Of a stretch of 64,000 bases of DNA, positions 27,349-36,852 are shown piece by piece. How positions within the stretch are numbered: position 1 is the stretch's first letter; each line of letters starts with the position of its first letter. A program made the position numbers and the translations under genes. Origin of the DNA: an uncultured virus (IMG/VR IMGVR_UViG_3300045996_000972). Its lineage: Duplodnaviria; Heunggongvirae; Uroviricota; Caudoviricetes. The notes under the pieces are model-generated. The model was not told the origin of the DNA, did no database searches, and saw only the letters and a program-made list of their open reading frames with translations. The stretch lies in the IMG/VR virus record IMGVR_UViG_3300045996_000972; one strand, written 5' to 3'.

Positions 27349-30204
27349 ATGACAACTGGTTCAAGCCTTATACCGGAGTTTATCATAGAATCGCTTTTTG
27401 ACCTCACAACAACACCTAAGCTGGTTCTGACAAACAAGTCAACAGGAACACAGATCGGTTGTTCGTTCGTCTTTGAGCTACATTCTCCCCACGGATCACC
27501 CATTCATATCGGCACGTTTACCACACCGGACGCATCCGGAGCCTGGACCGACTACACTTTCAGCGAATCCATGCCAGTGGCGTTGGGTTCAATGGAGTTT
27601 GGAACGTACCGGCTTATATGCAAGGTGAATGATGGAACCGACGAGTATTCTTTCGAAAGGAAAATCAACGTAAAAAGACCAGCCGGGAATAAAACCGGAT
27701 CAGGGCACAACTACGGCGCGGGATCTCTTTACAGCCAGGTGAAATGCCATGTTTCTAAAATTTACACTGAAGATCGCAGCGATTATAGCTACAACGGTAT
27801 TACCGGCGATCTGGTATCGCGTAAAATATCCATTCAACCACCGGCTGACAGCACCGGGGTTATCCCACCAGCCACATCGGTATTAGGGTACCAGGCTATT
27901 TCATTCAAAATCCCCTACAACGGCAAGGACTACACGTTATTCCTTGACACCATAATGAGCTATCAGCTCGAAACGTACTCTTATGTAAAAGTCAAATACA
28001 AGGCAAAAGTCTGCTTTGACGTTTTATGTAATGTTGATCTCTGTAAGCTGCTTTGCGAAATCTCAAATTTTGAGGAAAAGGTTCTTTGCAACCCAACGAA
28101 GGAAGACTTGCAGAAATTAACAGCCATTTCCTCCAAAATGACAAGGGTGCTGATCGGCATTACGCAGCCAAGTTGCGATGTTGATGTCACTGCAATCCTG
28201 AAGGAGATCATTGATATCGGCGGATTTGATTGCGCTTGCCTGGACAACACTTGTACAGGGTTGGGCGTTGACACTTGTTGCCCTGAAATTTTGGATGTAA
28301 CCATTTCTTCCGGTGTTACCACGACCACGCAGCTTGTAACTACCACTCAACCCACGACAACATTGGCGACCTGCCCCACACCTCTGAATTTGAGATTAGT
28401 TTCTCAAAACCACTCAAACGGAGAAACCTGCGTTGAGTGGGACACTTTGGTTACTACGAATATCACCGCGCTGAAACTGTATTACGGAAATTCCGCGAAC
28501 AGTTTATCTCAATTTGTAACAGTGCCTAAAGCGAACACTGTTCATTGCGTACTATTGGACCTCCCGCTTACAAAAATGTATTTCAGGCTGGAAGTAGAGT
28601 GCAGCGGATCCTTCACTTACTCAAATCTGGTATTGGTTGATCCTGCCGTAACAATCGGGACTAGCACCACTACCAGTACGACCACCACAACGACGACAAC
28701 GCAGCCGCCGAATTGTATTCTTTACGAGCTGTCAAACCCGGGAGCAACGGATGATAATATTTCATACACGAATTGCAGCGGTGTGCCAACGTCGGGAGTT
28801 CTGGAAGCTGGCGACACGATCCAAATATGCGCAGCAGAAGGCACTGTAATAACAAGCGGTTCAATAGGTGTGGCAGCAATCGGATATTGCGGTGGCGGAA
28901 CCACAACTACGCCGACAACCCAGGAAGCAACGACAACTTCCACAACCACCACCACGACCACTACAACAACAACAGCACCGAACTGTGTGCTGTACCTTGT
29001 AAATAATGATACCGGAAACGGAGATCAGGTCACCTATGTAGATTGTACTGGTGCAGAACAATCAGTGATGGTTTATGCAGGAGAGCAAGCGAAGGTTTGC
29101 GCTTACGAGGGATCACTTTCCGCGACTGTTTCCACTGTTACGATTATTGGCTATTGCGCCGGAGGAACGACCACGCAGCCTACGACTACACAGCCGACGA
29201 CGACTGCAGCTTGCGCCGATTACACGATCGAGAACAATTCTGGTGATGCGCAGGATTACGAATACACCGATTGCCAGGGCAACGTGCACACTGGTTCAAT
29301 TCCTGACGGAGAATCACTTTCGATATGCGTATTGGGCGGAAGCACAATCACTGCACCAGATTGCACGATCACCGGAAATGGAGCTTGTACGACCACAACG
29401 ACCACCACAACGACCACCACGACTACTACAACGACCACCACGACTACGCAGCCGGTTTGTAGCTCGCCTAAGTTCACATTTGAGGTAGACGCTCCGGATA
29501 ATGACGAGGTGGCCTTTACGCTTAACTTCTGGACTGGTCAAGGCGTTATTGTAGATTGGGGCGACGGTAATGTTCAGGCATTCGCATCAGCAATTCAGCA
29601 CGATCTTACGCACACATACGCAGGGGTATATCCTAAAACGGTTAGCGTATGTTTTGACGATTCTGCTGACCTAGCAGGTGTGAGATTGTTCAAGCTGTCT
29701 GATCCTTCGCATAACAATGGTGCAACAGTTGTAAGCAATCTTAGTTCATTCATTAATATGACAGAATTTAGCGCAAGGCGGAACAAGCTCACGGCAATAC
29801 CGACACTTGGAACATCCGTACAGTACTTGACGCTTTCGTTTAATGAATTAACATCGGTAGACAATTTGCCAAACTCAATCGGTTATCTCGCCGTTGACAA
29901 TAACACAAATTTGGTGAACATCATTTCCTTGCCGAGTTCTCTGCAAAGTTTCATGGCGAACAATTCCGCGATCGTTGCGCTTTGCACAATGCCGGTGCCA
30001 AGCAAGTATGTGAACCTTTCCGGAAACGAATTACCTGTAGCCGAGGTGAACCAGGTGCTCGTAGACTTAGCAAACAACGGGCAAACATCAGGGTATCCTT
30101 CAGCAAATCTTAGCAGCCAAACACCGGCAGCACCTCCAAGTGGAGCTGGTGCAACAGCTAAGGCATCACTGATCGCATCCGGATGGTCTGTTAACACTGA
30201 TTAA
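27349..30204 (+). CDS. mucin-like multidomain virion protein: poly-Thr linkers, FN3-like domain, three Cys-rich modules, PKD-like and LRR domains
   Basis: Thr runs up to about 20 residues; CPTPLNL...VEWD...FRLEVEC; VDWGDG; NKLTAIPTL/NELTSVDNL LRRs. Confidence 0.75.
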   Translation: MTTGSSLIPEFIIESLFDLTTTPKLVLTNKSTGTQIGCSFVFELHSPHGSPIHIGTFTTPDASGAWTDYTFSESMPVALGSMEFGTYRLICKVNDGTDEYSFERKINVKRPAGNKTGSGHNYGAGSLYSQVKCHVSKIYTEDRSDYSYNGITGDLVSRKISIQPPADSTGVIPPATSVLGYQAISFKIPYNGKDYTLFLDTIMSYQLETYSYVKVKYKAKVCFDVLCNVDLCKLLCEISNFEEKVLCNPTKEDLQKLTAISSKMTRVLIGITQPSCDVDVTAILKEIIDIGGFDCACLDNTCTGLGVDTCCPEILDVTISSGVTTTTQLVTTTQPTTTLATCPTPLNLRLVSQNHSNGETCVEWDTLVTTNITALKLYYGNSANSLSQFVTVPKANTVHCVLLDLPLTKMYFRLEVECSGSFTYSNLVLVDPAVTIGTSTTTSTTTTTTTTQPPNCILYELSNPGATDDNISYTNCSGVPTSGVLEAGDTIQICAAEGTVITSGSIGVAAIGYCGGGTTTTPTTQEATTTSTTTTTTTTTTTAPNCVLYLVNNDTGNGDQVTYVDCTGAEQSVMVYAGEQAKVCAYEGSLSATVSTVTIIGYCAGGTTTQPTTTQPTTTAACADYTIENNSGDAQDYEYTDCQGNVHTGSIPDGESLSICVLGGSTITAPDCTITGNGACTTTTTTTTTTTTTTTTTTTTQPVCSSPKFTFEVDAPDNDEVAFTLNFWTGQGVIVDWGDGNVQAFASAIQHDLTHTYAGVYPKTVSVCFDDSADLAGVRLFKLSDPSHNNGATVVSNLSSFINMTEFSARRNKLTAIPTLGTSVQYLTLSFNELTSVDNLPNSIGYLAVDNNTNLVNIISLPSSLQSFMANNSAIVALCTMPVPSKYVNLSGNELPVAEVNQVLVDLANNGQTSGYPSANLSSQTPAAPPSGAGATAKASLIASGWSVNTD

Positions 30205-30233
30205 TAACAACAACCAGAAAATAAACCGAGGCC

Positions 30234-30261
30234 GGGGAGCTACCGATGCAGGTAGCTCCCC
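30234..30261 (+). other. perfect 11-bp stem-loop upstream of the glycosyltransferase
   Basis: GGGGAGCTACC-GATGCA-GGTAGCTCCCC. Confidence 0.8.
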
Positions 30262-30285
30262 ATTTCGGGGGAGAGCAAACAAAGT

Positions 30286-31215
30286 ATGAGATTGATTCAG
30301 GTTGTAGAAGACAAGCCGTATTTCGTCTGGCAACTCTATGTTCAAATGATGAATTTCAGAGATCATGGGGTGGAAGAAGAAGCGGTTATTCTTGTTGTCG
30401 GCAACGAGTTGTCGAACGACATGAAGCAGTTGCAAGCATGGACGAAAGCAAAAATTTACTGCTATCCCGACACAAGAAAAAGTCGGACATATATACCGTC
30501 AATACGTCCACACCTACTGAAAAAATACTTTCTTGAAATCGAACAGCCGGAAGTTTTCTTTTATCACGATCAGGATATTATTTTCCTAAAAAAGCCTTTT
30601 CTTGACGAGCTGGCAGCCGGCGATACAAACTACGTTGCGGCGAATGCGGCCAGCTACTTAAACTCCGGGTATTGCAATTCATTTAAAAAGTCGGTATTCC
30701 CTTCCATGTGCGATTTGGTAGGCATCAGCGAAGATCTGGTGCGCGAAAATGATCGGAATTGCGGCGGTGCGCAGTATGTACTGAAAGGGATAGACCACAA
30801 GTTTTGGGAAAAGATGGAGCGGGATTGTGAAAGGCTGTATCGATACCTGATGTTGTTTTTTGAGACAGAAGAAAGGAAGATCCAAATGTGGACTGCTGAT
30901 ATGTGGGCGATATTATGGAACCTTTGGGCAGCCGGTAAAAAGACTGAACACCACGAATCGATCAACTTCTGTTGGCCATGGGATCTTAGGCAAAACGATT
31001 ACGCGATTTTCCATAATTCAGGCATCGCCGGGAATAATGAAAACAACGCCAAAGGCCAGCCTCAATGGTTCAATAAAGGGAAGTTCAGCGGAGACTATTC
31101 CAACAATAGAATGTATCCCTGGGGCCAGCGGTTTGACTTTGTGGCAGGGAACAGCTTCCAGTACTTATACATTCAGTATATATATCGCATATCTGAAATG
31201 ATGGGTAAACTTTAG
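30286..31215 (+). CDS. GT-A fold glycosyltransferase, GT95/GT96 (HPAT/SGT1)-like peptide O-glycosyltransferase
   Basis: PYFVWQ, YIPSIRP, FFYHDQDIIF (DxD), GGAQY, WTADMWA, IFH. Confidence 0.7.
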   Translation: MRLIQVVEDKPYFVWQLYVQMMNFRDHGVEEEAVILVVGNELSNDMKQLQAWTKAKIYCYPDTRKSRTYIPSIRPHLLKKYFLEIEQPEVFFYHDQDIIFLKKPFLDELAAGDTNYVAANAASYLNSGYCNSFKKSVFPSMCDLVGISEDLVRENDRNCGGAQYVLKGIDHKFWEKMERDCERLYRYLMLFFETEERKIQMWTADMWAILWNLWAAGKKTEHHESINFCWPWDLRQNDYAIFHNSGIAGNNENNAKGQPQWFNKGKFSGDYSNNRMYPWGQRFDFVAGNSFQYLYIQYIYRISEMMGKL

Positions 31216-31268
31216 AGCCACCACTGTAGTGCTTTGAAAGTATTCTAATTTGCTGTATAATCCCGAAG

Positions 31269-32360
31269 ATGTATATTCTGATTGAAAAGGTTCAGTTTTC
31301 CGTACAGTCAACAATAAATCAATTTGTTGACGTTTACATTCGAGAGAAAACCTTGCCGGACGTTCCGGCGAACAGGATATTTGTCGGCAATTATGAATTT
31401 TTACCGGATGGAACACCGGTTTCTCCTATTTATATTGACGGATATGCTGCAGGTGATTATGTGGTAATTGGATTGAACAAGTGCAGCTTGTCATTTTCAA
31501 AGCCCGTCACGGTTCTTCCAGCTCCAACGACTACGCAGATCCCGCAGCAAACCACTACCACAATCCCGGTCACGACCACGCAGCCTGCCACGACCCAGGC
31601 CACCACAACGTCACCCGCGACAACGTCAACCACCACCACTACGAACCCTTGCGCTGGAGGACCGTCTTGCCCCGTGATCTACCAACTGGTCACTCCGGCA
31701 CCAGGCGTAACGCCAGTGGGAGCTGGTGGCACCGTCCATGTGCATTTCTTACCGCAGCCTTGCGCGGAACAGTATAAGATTTACGTTCACAAGTTGAGCA
31801 ACGGCGCGCTTCACTCTACCGTACAGGGAACACCTGGGCAATTCTTTTGGGATGCTGGAACGGGCACTTATTACTATCCATTCAACAACATGGATCCGGG
31901 GGAAACATACAAGGTGAAGGTTACAGCATTCATGGGTGGCGTAGAAACAACATCGTGCCCTGAAAGCTATGTTGTCGTACAATCATCCACCACCACCACC
32001 ACGACCACCACAACCACCACCACGACGACAACTACCACTACGGTACCGGACGGCGGGCGGATGCATATACTGAACAATCATGACGGCCAGATCAATTCTG
32101 TGACGCCAGGGTTTTATATCGGTGATACGGGCACATTCCCTATACTGAACGGAGAAGAAGTTCAAACTGTTCACGGAGGATTTACCGGAACAGTAAGTGT
32201 GAATATTTCTGGATCGACAGCAGGAAAGATCACCATGAAGAAAAACGGCGTTCAGATTGGATGCCAGAACGTGACAGGCGGCGGAACCTATTCATTTACC
32301 GGAGTAACATTCTCGTCAACCGATTACATCGAAATCGAAATGTTGACAGGTAATTGCTAA
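31269..32360 (+). CDS. second mucin-like virion protein with poly-Thr linkers and FN3/Ig-like domains
   Basis: Thr tracts about 31525-31645 and 31983-32045; NNMDPGETYKVKVTAF FN3-like motif. Confidence 0.7.
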   Translation: MYILIEKVQFSVQSTINQFVDVYIREKTLPDVPANRIFVGNYEFLPDGTPVSPIYIDGYAAGDYVVIGLNKCSLSFSKPVTVLPAPTTTQIPQQTTTTIPVTTTQPATTQATTTSPATTSTTTTTNPCAGGPSCPVIYQLVTPAPGVTPVGAGGTVHVHFLPQPCAEQYKIYVHKLSNGALHSTVQGTPGQFFWDAGTGTYYYPFNNMDPGETYKVKVTAFMGGVETTSCPESYVVVQSSTTTTTTTTTTTTTTTTTTVPDGGRMHILNNHDGQINSVTPGFYIGDTGTFPILNGEEVQTVHGGFTGTVSVNISGSTAGKITMKKNGVQIGCQNVTGGGTYSFTGVTFSSTDYIEIEMLTGNC

Positions 32361-32369
32361 AACTGAATT

Positions 32370-33119
32370 ATGATCGATTTGTTTGTTTTATGGGAAAAGT
32401 TCACCAGCGGCGTTAATACGCATCAGGGTGGCCATGCCAGGCCACACCGGGAGTTTACGAGTTGGGTGAATGATATCTCTAAGGAAATATTCGAGGAAAA
32501 GTTTAAGAATGGGTGGCAGAAAAGCCAGAAGATCACGGACGATATCGGACAGCCGTTTTTGAAATCGGAACCATTGCCTCTTACTGCGGGATCCGTCACA
32601 TATGATTTGCTGGCATACCCTAGCGATTACGGTCACTTTTCATCCTGCCGCATTTTCCATAAAGAAGGGTCAAACGCAGGAGAGAAAGTTGAATGCTCGA
32701 AGAGAGACAGCCCGGATGTTGCGGAAGAACACTACTACGAGAACCAAGACGAAAACCTTTGCGAAAAAACGATCGATCTTATCGACAATCGCAGGTGGGG
32801 CGCGCTGTGTGAGCATAAAACGAAGAAGCCAAGTTTTGAAAAGCCCTATATGACGCAAACCAATGGAGGATTTAAGATTTCTCCGAAAGGCGTAGGATAT
32901 GTAGTGCTTGACTATTTGAGGCTGCCAAAGGAGGCCACATTCAGCTACACGGTGGGACCAGATGATCAGATCATCTACAACCAGGCGGGAAGCCAGCCGT
33001 TAGAGTGGAGTGAATTATTGATACCCGAATTTTTGGCGCGACTTAGCACCAAGTATGGCAAACGAATCCGGAACGAATTTGTTTACCAAGCTGGCAGCAA
33101 GGAAAAAGCCGACCTATGA
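32370..33119 (+). CDS. tail ring / head-tail adaptor protein
   Basis: YPSDYGH, LDYLRLPKEATFSY...YNQAGSQPLEW resemble crAss-like ring proteins. Confidence 0.6.
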   Translation: MIDLFVLWEKFTSGVNTHQGGHARPHREFTSWVNDISKEIFEEKFKNGWQKSQKITDDIGQPFLKSEPLPLTAGSVTYDLLAYPSDYGHFSSCRIFHKEGSNAGEKVECSKRDSPDVAEEHYYENQDENLCEKTIDLIDNRRWGALCEHKTKKPSFEKPYMTQTNGGFKISPKGVGYVVLDYLRLPKEATFSYTVGPDDQIIYNQAGSQPLEWSELLIPEFLARLSTKYGKRIRNEFVYQAGSKEKADL

Positions 33120-33331
33120 TAAACCCGAAACCTATGGAACACCAGAAAACAGTAGGTGAACTGATAGATGAAATGTTAAGAGATGGCGGAATTATGGCAT
33201 CATCCGCGGAATGCACGATCGGTGAAATATCGGTAGCGCAAGAGGAAGGAAGATTTGCCATTAATTCTGAAGGACTAGGATTTGTATTATTCCCGGCACC
33301 GATGTGTCCCGAAAAGTGGAAAAAAGAGTGA
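33116..33331 (+). CDS. hypothetical protein
   Basis: ORF track; ATGA overlap. Confidence 0.55.
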   Translation: MINPKPMEHQKTVGELIDEMLRDGGIMASSAECTIGEISVAQEEGRFAINSEGLGFVLFPAPMCPEKWKKE

Positions 33332-33380
33332 AAAAGTGGGAAAACCGATCGGTACTTTAGCTGGATAAAACTACCCCCGT

Positions 33381-34010
33381 ATGAGTGCATTATTTTATTT
33401 ATTGTACTATTTCGCCGCATTGCTATTCGGCGGATTAGTTATTACCGGATGGTTCGCCGTAACACGTGGCCGATGGGAAACAAGGCCCGATGGCCGGAAG
33501 TATTGGACCGGAAAAATCTTCAATGAATGGCAAAGGTTTTGGGAGCGAACGGTCGCATCCGAATCTGTTTACTTCCGGGAAAGGGAGCTTCAGGGATTAT
33601 GTCTGCGGTTAGAATCAATTTTGAGTATTCGTAATTACACGTTTTCAGAATCGCAAACCTGCATCATCATTGACGCAGCTACTCATTCCAAGCTAAAAAA
33701 CAGGTTTTTTGTTTTTGAGCTTCAAAATCCGGGCATCAAAGTAATGTTCAAGGAGGGCAGCCAGGGAGACGAAGGCAAACACTATGCTTTCTTCTACAAA
33801 GACCTTCCGATATATGCGTTCCCGGAGTGGATTCGCGACCCGATGGCTTCTTGTATTTACTGTCACAGCTCCATATACGGTACAATCATCTGGTCATTCC
33901 TTGCTATTATTAGCAACAACGTGCTGCCCGTGGGCATTTATGTGGCTTTGTGGATCCCGTATATTCTCAGCCTGGCATTTGTTTCACCATACTTATGGAA
34001 AAAGCTATGA
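33381..34010 (+). CDS. membrane protein with CxxC (DUF1360-like C-terminus)
   Basis: N-terminal TM; PMASCIYCHSSIYG followed by two TMs. Confidence 0.6.
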   Translation: MSALFYLLYYFAALLFGGLVITGWFAVTRGRWETRPDGRKYWTGKIFNEWQRFWERTVASESVYFRERELQGLCLRLESILSIRNYTFSESQTCIIIDAATHSKLKNRFFVFELQNPGIKVMFKEGSQGDEGKHYAFFYKDLPIYAFPEWIRDPMASCIYCHSSIYGTIIWSFLAIISNNVLPVGIYVALWIPYILSLAFVSPYLWKKL

Positions 34011-34681
34011 ACGAACAATCAACGGTTAGCGTCTTGGCGCAAAGGACGATGGATGCCTTTTACCAAGACTTCAAAACAGAAGACGAGTTTTTCGGCCATG
34101 AAGATTTCATGTTTGCCGTAAGGGCTTGTTTTTCCAAGTTGATTGAGGCGGAAGCGAAAGAGGCCAAGGCTATAAATAAGCAATTGAACGGTTATTATGT
34201 TATTGACCTGTCGCATGACTGGCTGGTGAGCGAAACAGTAAAATTCGAGAAGAAGGGTAATAAGTGGGAAGCTACCCTGAAAAAACAGCCATACTCTTTT
34301 TCTTTCGACAAAATGGGGTATGGTATTCAGGATATCAAAGGCGACTGCAAATTCACCCGCATATCCATGGATCAGGATTGGAAATTGAAGTACCTGGGTA
34401 CGCATACCATCACGCATTACTATGCTATGGGTAGCAAGATCGTCGCATTCAACTTATGCGACAATCTGGAAGCGGAGGTGTATTACGCACCAGATCTCAC
34501 CAGTGAAGATGACATAGTTCCATCAGGCAAGCACATGGATATTATGAACCTGGTTGTTGCCAGCATGAAACAGGCGGCCAACGGCTACGTGATTGACACA
34601 TCGGCAAACCAAAATACCAATAAGAGCATTTTGACGGAGCTTGACAACGCCATTAAAATGCCACAAATCGTATCGAAATGA
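34007..34681 (+). CDS. putative ring/adaptor structural protein
   Basis: Position and size; ATGA overlaps at both ends. Confidence 0.5.
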   Translation: MNEQSTVSVLAQRTMDAFYQDFKTEDEFFGHEDFMFAVRACFSKLIEAEAKEAKAINKQLNGYYVIDLSHDWLVSETVKFEKKGNKWEATLKKQPYSFSFDKMGYGIQDIKGDCKFTRISMDQDWKLKYLGTHTITHYYAMGSKIVAFNLCDNLEAEVYYAPDLTSEDDIVPSGKHMDIMNLVVASMKQAANGYVIDTSANQNTNKSILTELDNAIKMPQIVSK

Positions 34682-34884
34682 TAGGACGATCATTAGCTAA
34701 AATATTTGACGACAGCTTCTTCCCCGCAAACAAGGAAGAAATTATCGAATACGCGATCAGGGAAGGTGCCGGACCCGACGTGATCAGGCATTTGGAAGAT
34801 CTGGAAGACGATGCTTTTGCATCGTTTGCGGACCTTCTTCCGGATGAAGATTTTTCAGACTTTCATTCAAATGATGAACTATAA
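34678..34884 (+). CDS. DUF2795 family protein
   Basis: FPANKEEIIEYAIREGAGPDVIRHLEDLED...acidic tail matches Bacteroidota DUF2795. Confidence 0.75.
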   Translation: MIGRSLAKIFDDSFFPANKEEIIEYAIREGAGPDVIRHLEDLEDDAFASFADLLPDEDFSDFHSNDEL

Positions 34885-35877
34885 ATGGAAACGTGTAGCA
34901 CAACAGGGATTTTTCTTACGGACGTTGTAGAGCAATACATGATTGCCTCTTTCAACGACAAAAAAGCCTTTGCCGCCAATTATATGTATTTGGCGCGGTT
35001 CGCTTGGAAAGAACTGTTTAAAAAGACGCTTTTTGCCGTTAAGGAAGTTGTTGTGTATGTGGAGACAGACAGCCAGGGAAAGAAATATATCCGCAAACCA
35101 AAGGACCTGGTTCGGCTGTTGGGATTAACCATCAAAGAGGACGGCAAGTATCATTCTCTTTTGCTTTCTGCCGATACACCCACTGACGTATTGGTGGTCC
35201 CGGAAGTAAGCAAGTGTGCAAGCTGCGGCGATGGCAATAATCTGTGCAATGTTCTTGACACGAAAATTATCACCCGTATAGAGTATTGGGAAGGGGTGCC
35301 CAAGCAGTTGAAGACATACTATGAAACGTTGAGCAGCGGGGAAGTTATAGAGGTGGAACAATACCTTCAGTATAATGAGGAATTAAAAGTCGTAGAGGTC
35401 AAGAGCCGTAGAAAAACCACCTGCACACTGGAAACAAACGACTGCGGTTGCATCCCGTCCACTGATTCAAATTTAGAGACAGTGGCGACACTTTGCGGTT
35501 GCGGATCATCTGTTATTGATTCCCGACTGATCACAAGCAAATACGGTTATTTCAATCACAAATTCGAGAGCAATAAAATATACTTGGAGCCCGGAACTGA
35601 AGTAACGGAGATCCCCGCGCAAATGATCATGGCCTATCAGACCAATGGCGAGGACAGCGATACCGAGGTTGTTGTCCCGGAATATGCGCTCATGGCAATG
35701 TTTGCCGGCATCGATCATTTCAGTACAGCATTTGGTCAAAGAACATCTGTCAGCCGGGATGAAAAGAGGGAGAAGCGAGGTAGTTGGGAGGCAGCCAAAG
35801 AGGAATTGCTGATGTTTATGTTCCCGTTCGACTTAAACGCCTTTGCGGAGCTGCAGGGGATAATGCCAAAATGGTGA
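34885..35877 (+). CDS. putative ring/adaptor structural protein, Cys-rich
   Basis: KPKDLVRL, IMAYQTNG..D.EVVVPE segments; position in the tail module. Confidence 0.55.
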   Translation: METCSTTGIFLTDVVEQYMIASFNDKKAFAANYMYLARFAWKELFKKTLFAVKEVVVYVETDSQGKKYIRKPKDLVRLLGLTIKEDGKYHSLLLSADTPTDVLVVPEVSKCASCGDGNNLCNVLDTKIITRIEYWEGVPKQLKTYYETLSSGEVIEVEQYLQYNEELKVVEVKSRRKTTCTLETNDCGCIPSTDSNLETVATLCGCGSSVIDSRLITSKYGYFNHKFESNKIYLEPGTEVTEIPAQMIMAYQTNGEDSDTEVVVPEYALMAMFAGIDHFSTAFGQRTSVSRDEKREKRGSWEAAKEELLMFMFPFDLNAFAELQGIMPKW

Positions 35878-35881
35878 TTGT

Positions 35882-36070
35882 ATGATAAACTGTGAAACCT
35901 GTATTGATCCGGAAGTGTGCCAGGTTAGCGGCACCTGCCTCCATCGGTATGTGGAGCAAAAAACGGAGCCAGAGGTTGATGTGAACGAACCAGACGATCA
36001 GTTGGCAGATGAAGAAGAACCTATAAACGAAGAACCGTATGGCATGGCGTTCATGCCAAGCATAATTTAA
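35882..36070 (+). CDS. small Cys4/acidic hypothetical protein
   Basis: CETCIDPEVCQVSGTC. Confidence 0.5.
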   Translation: MINCETCIDPEVCQVSGTCLHRYVEQKTEPEVDVNEPDDQLADEEEPINEEPYGMAFMPSII

Positions 36071-36075
36071 CGACT

Positions 36076-36849
36076 ATGGATCCAGTAACAATAGCCAATT
36101 TGGCAAGCGGAGTTTTCCAGTTGGGGAAGGGGATTGTTCAAGATGCCAAGGCCAGCAAAATGGCCGCAAGCAATATCCGTCCAGAATACGAGGAAAATCA
36201 AAACATACTGGATAACCAGTCGATCGCGGAAAGCATGGCACAAGAAGGACTTTCCGATTCAGCCAAGCAGTTGTTTTCTACAAATGCCGATCGAGGGTTA
36301 TCAGCCAGCATCGATGCAATACTAAAGGGTGGCGGAAGCGTCAACAACATAGGGGACGTGTACGACAACTTCAATATGGGTTTCTCCAAAATGACACTGG
36401 CGGAAGACGAGGCGAAATTCCGCAACATGAATGTTTTGATGCGTTCCAACCAGATGGTTGCCGAGGAGCAAGAAAAAGCATGGCAGATCAACGAATATGC
36501 TCCTTACGCAGACAAGGCGCAAGAGATCGCGCAGTTACGCGGAGCCGCGGGGAAAAATATCAATGCGGGGATCAACACCGGCCTGGCCACCATGGCCTCA
36601 TGGCAAAAAGGGCAGACCAACCCGAATGCGGGGCTTGATGGCGGTGGCAGTGGTGGTGGTTCCGGCGGCGGCACAGCCTTTATGGGAAGGGCACTGCCAA
36701 ACGCAGTTACGCCAAGAGCTGCAGCAGTAATGACTTCATTGGGTGTTCAGCCCGTGTTGCAGCCGCAATCGGGGATCAACTACAATATTTTAAATCCGGT
36801 CGACCGCAAGATCGACTGGAGTCAAATAACCATACCGAAAATCCAGTAA
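36076..36849 (+). CDS. internal virion (ejection/pilot-like) protein
   Basis: MDPVTIANLASGVFQLGKG amphipathic start; A/G/Q/N-rich. Confidence 0.6.
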   Translation: MDPVTIANLASGVFQLGKGIVQDAKASKMAASNIRPEYEENQNILDNQSIAESMAQEGLSDSAKQLFSTNADRGLSASIDAILKGGGSVNNIGDVYDNFNMGFSKMTLAEDEAKFRNMNVLMRSNQMVAEEQEKAWQINEYAPYADKAQEIAQLRGAAGKNINAGINTGLATMASWQKGQTNPNAGLDGGGSGGGSGGGTAFMGRALPNAVTPRAAAVMTSLGVQPVLQPQSGINYNILNPVDRKIDWSQITIPKIQ

Positions 36850-36852
36850 CAA

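Noticed and set aside
31234..31261. TTGAAA-N16-TATAAT E. coli-type promoter
   Set aside because: Single occurrence in AT-rich DNA; other promoters in the window follow the Bacteroidota TAnnTTTG pattern
22836..32045. ACC/ACG/ACA-rich repeats as a CRISPR array or microsatellites
   Set aside because: They are in-frame coding Thr/Gln/Pro repeats with synonymous variation; no constant repeat with unique spacers and no cas genes
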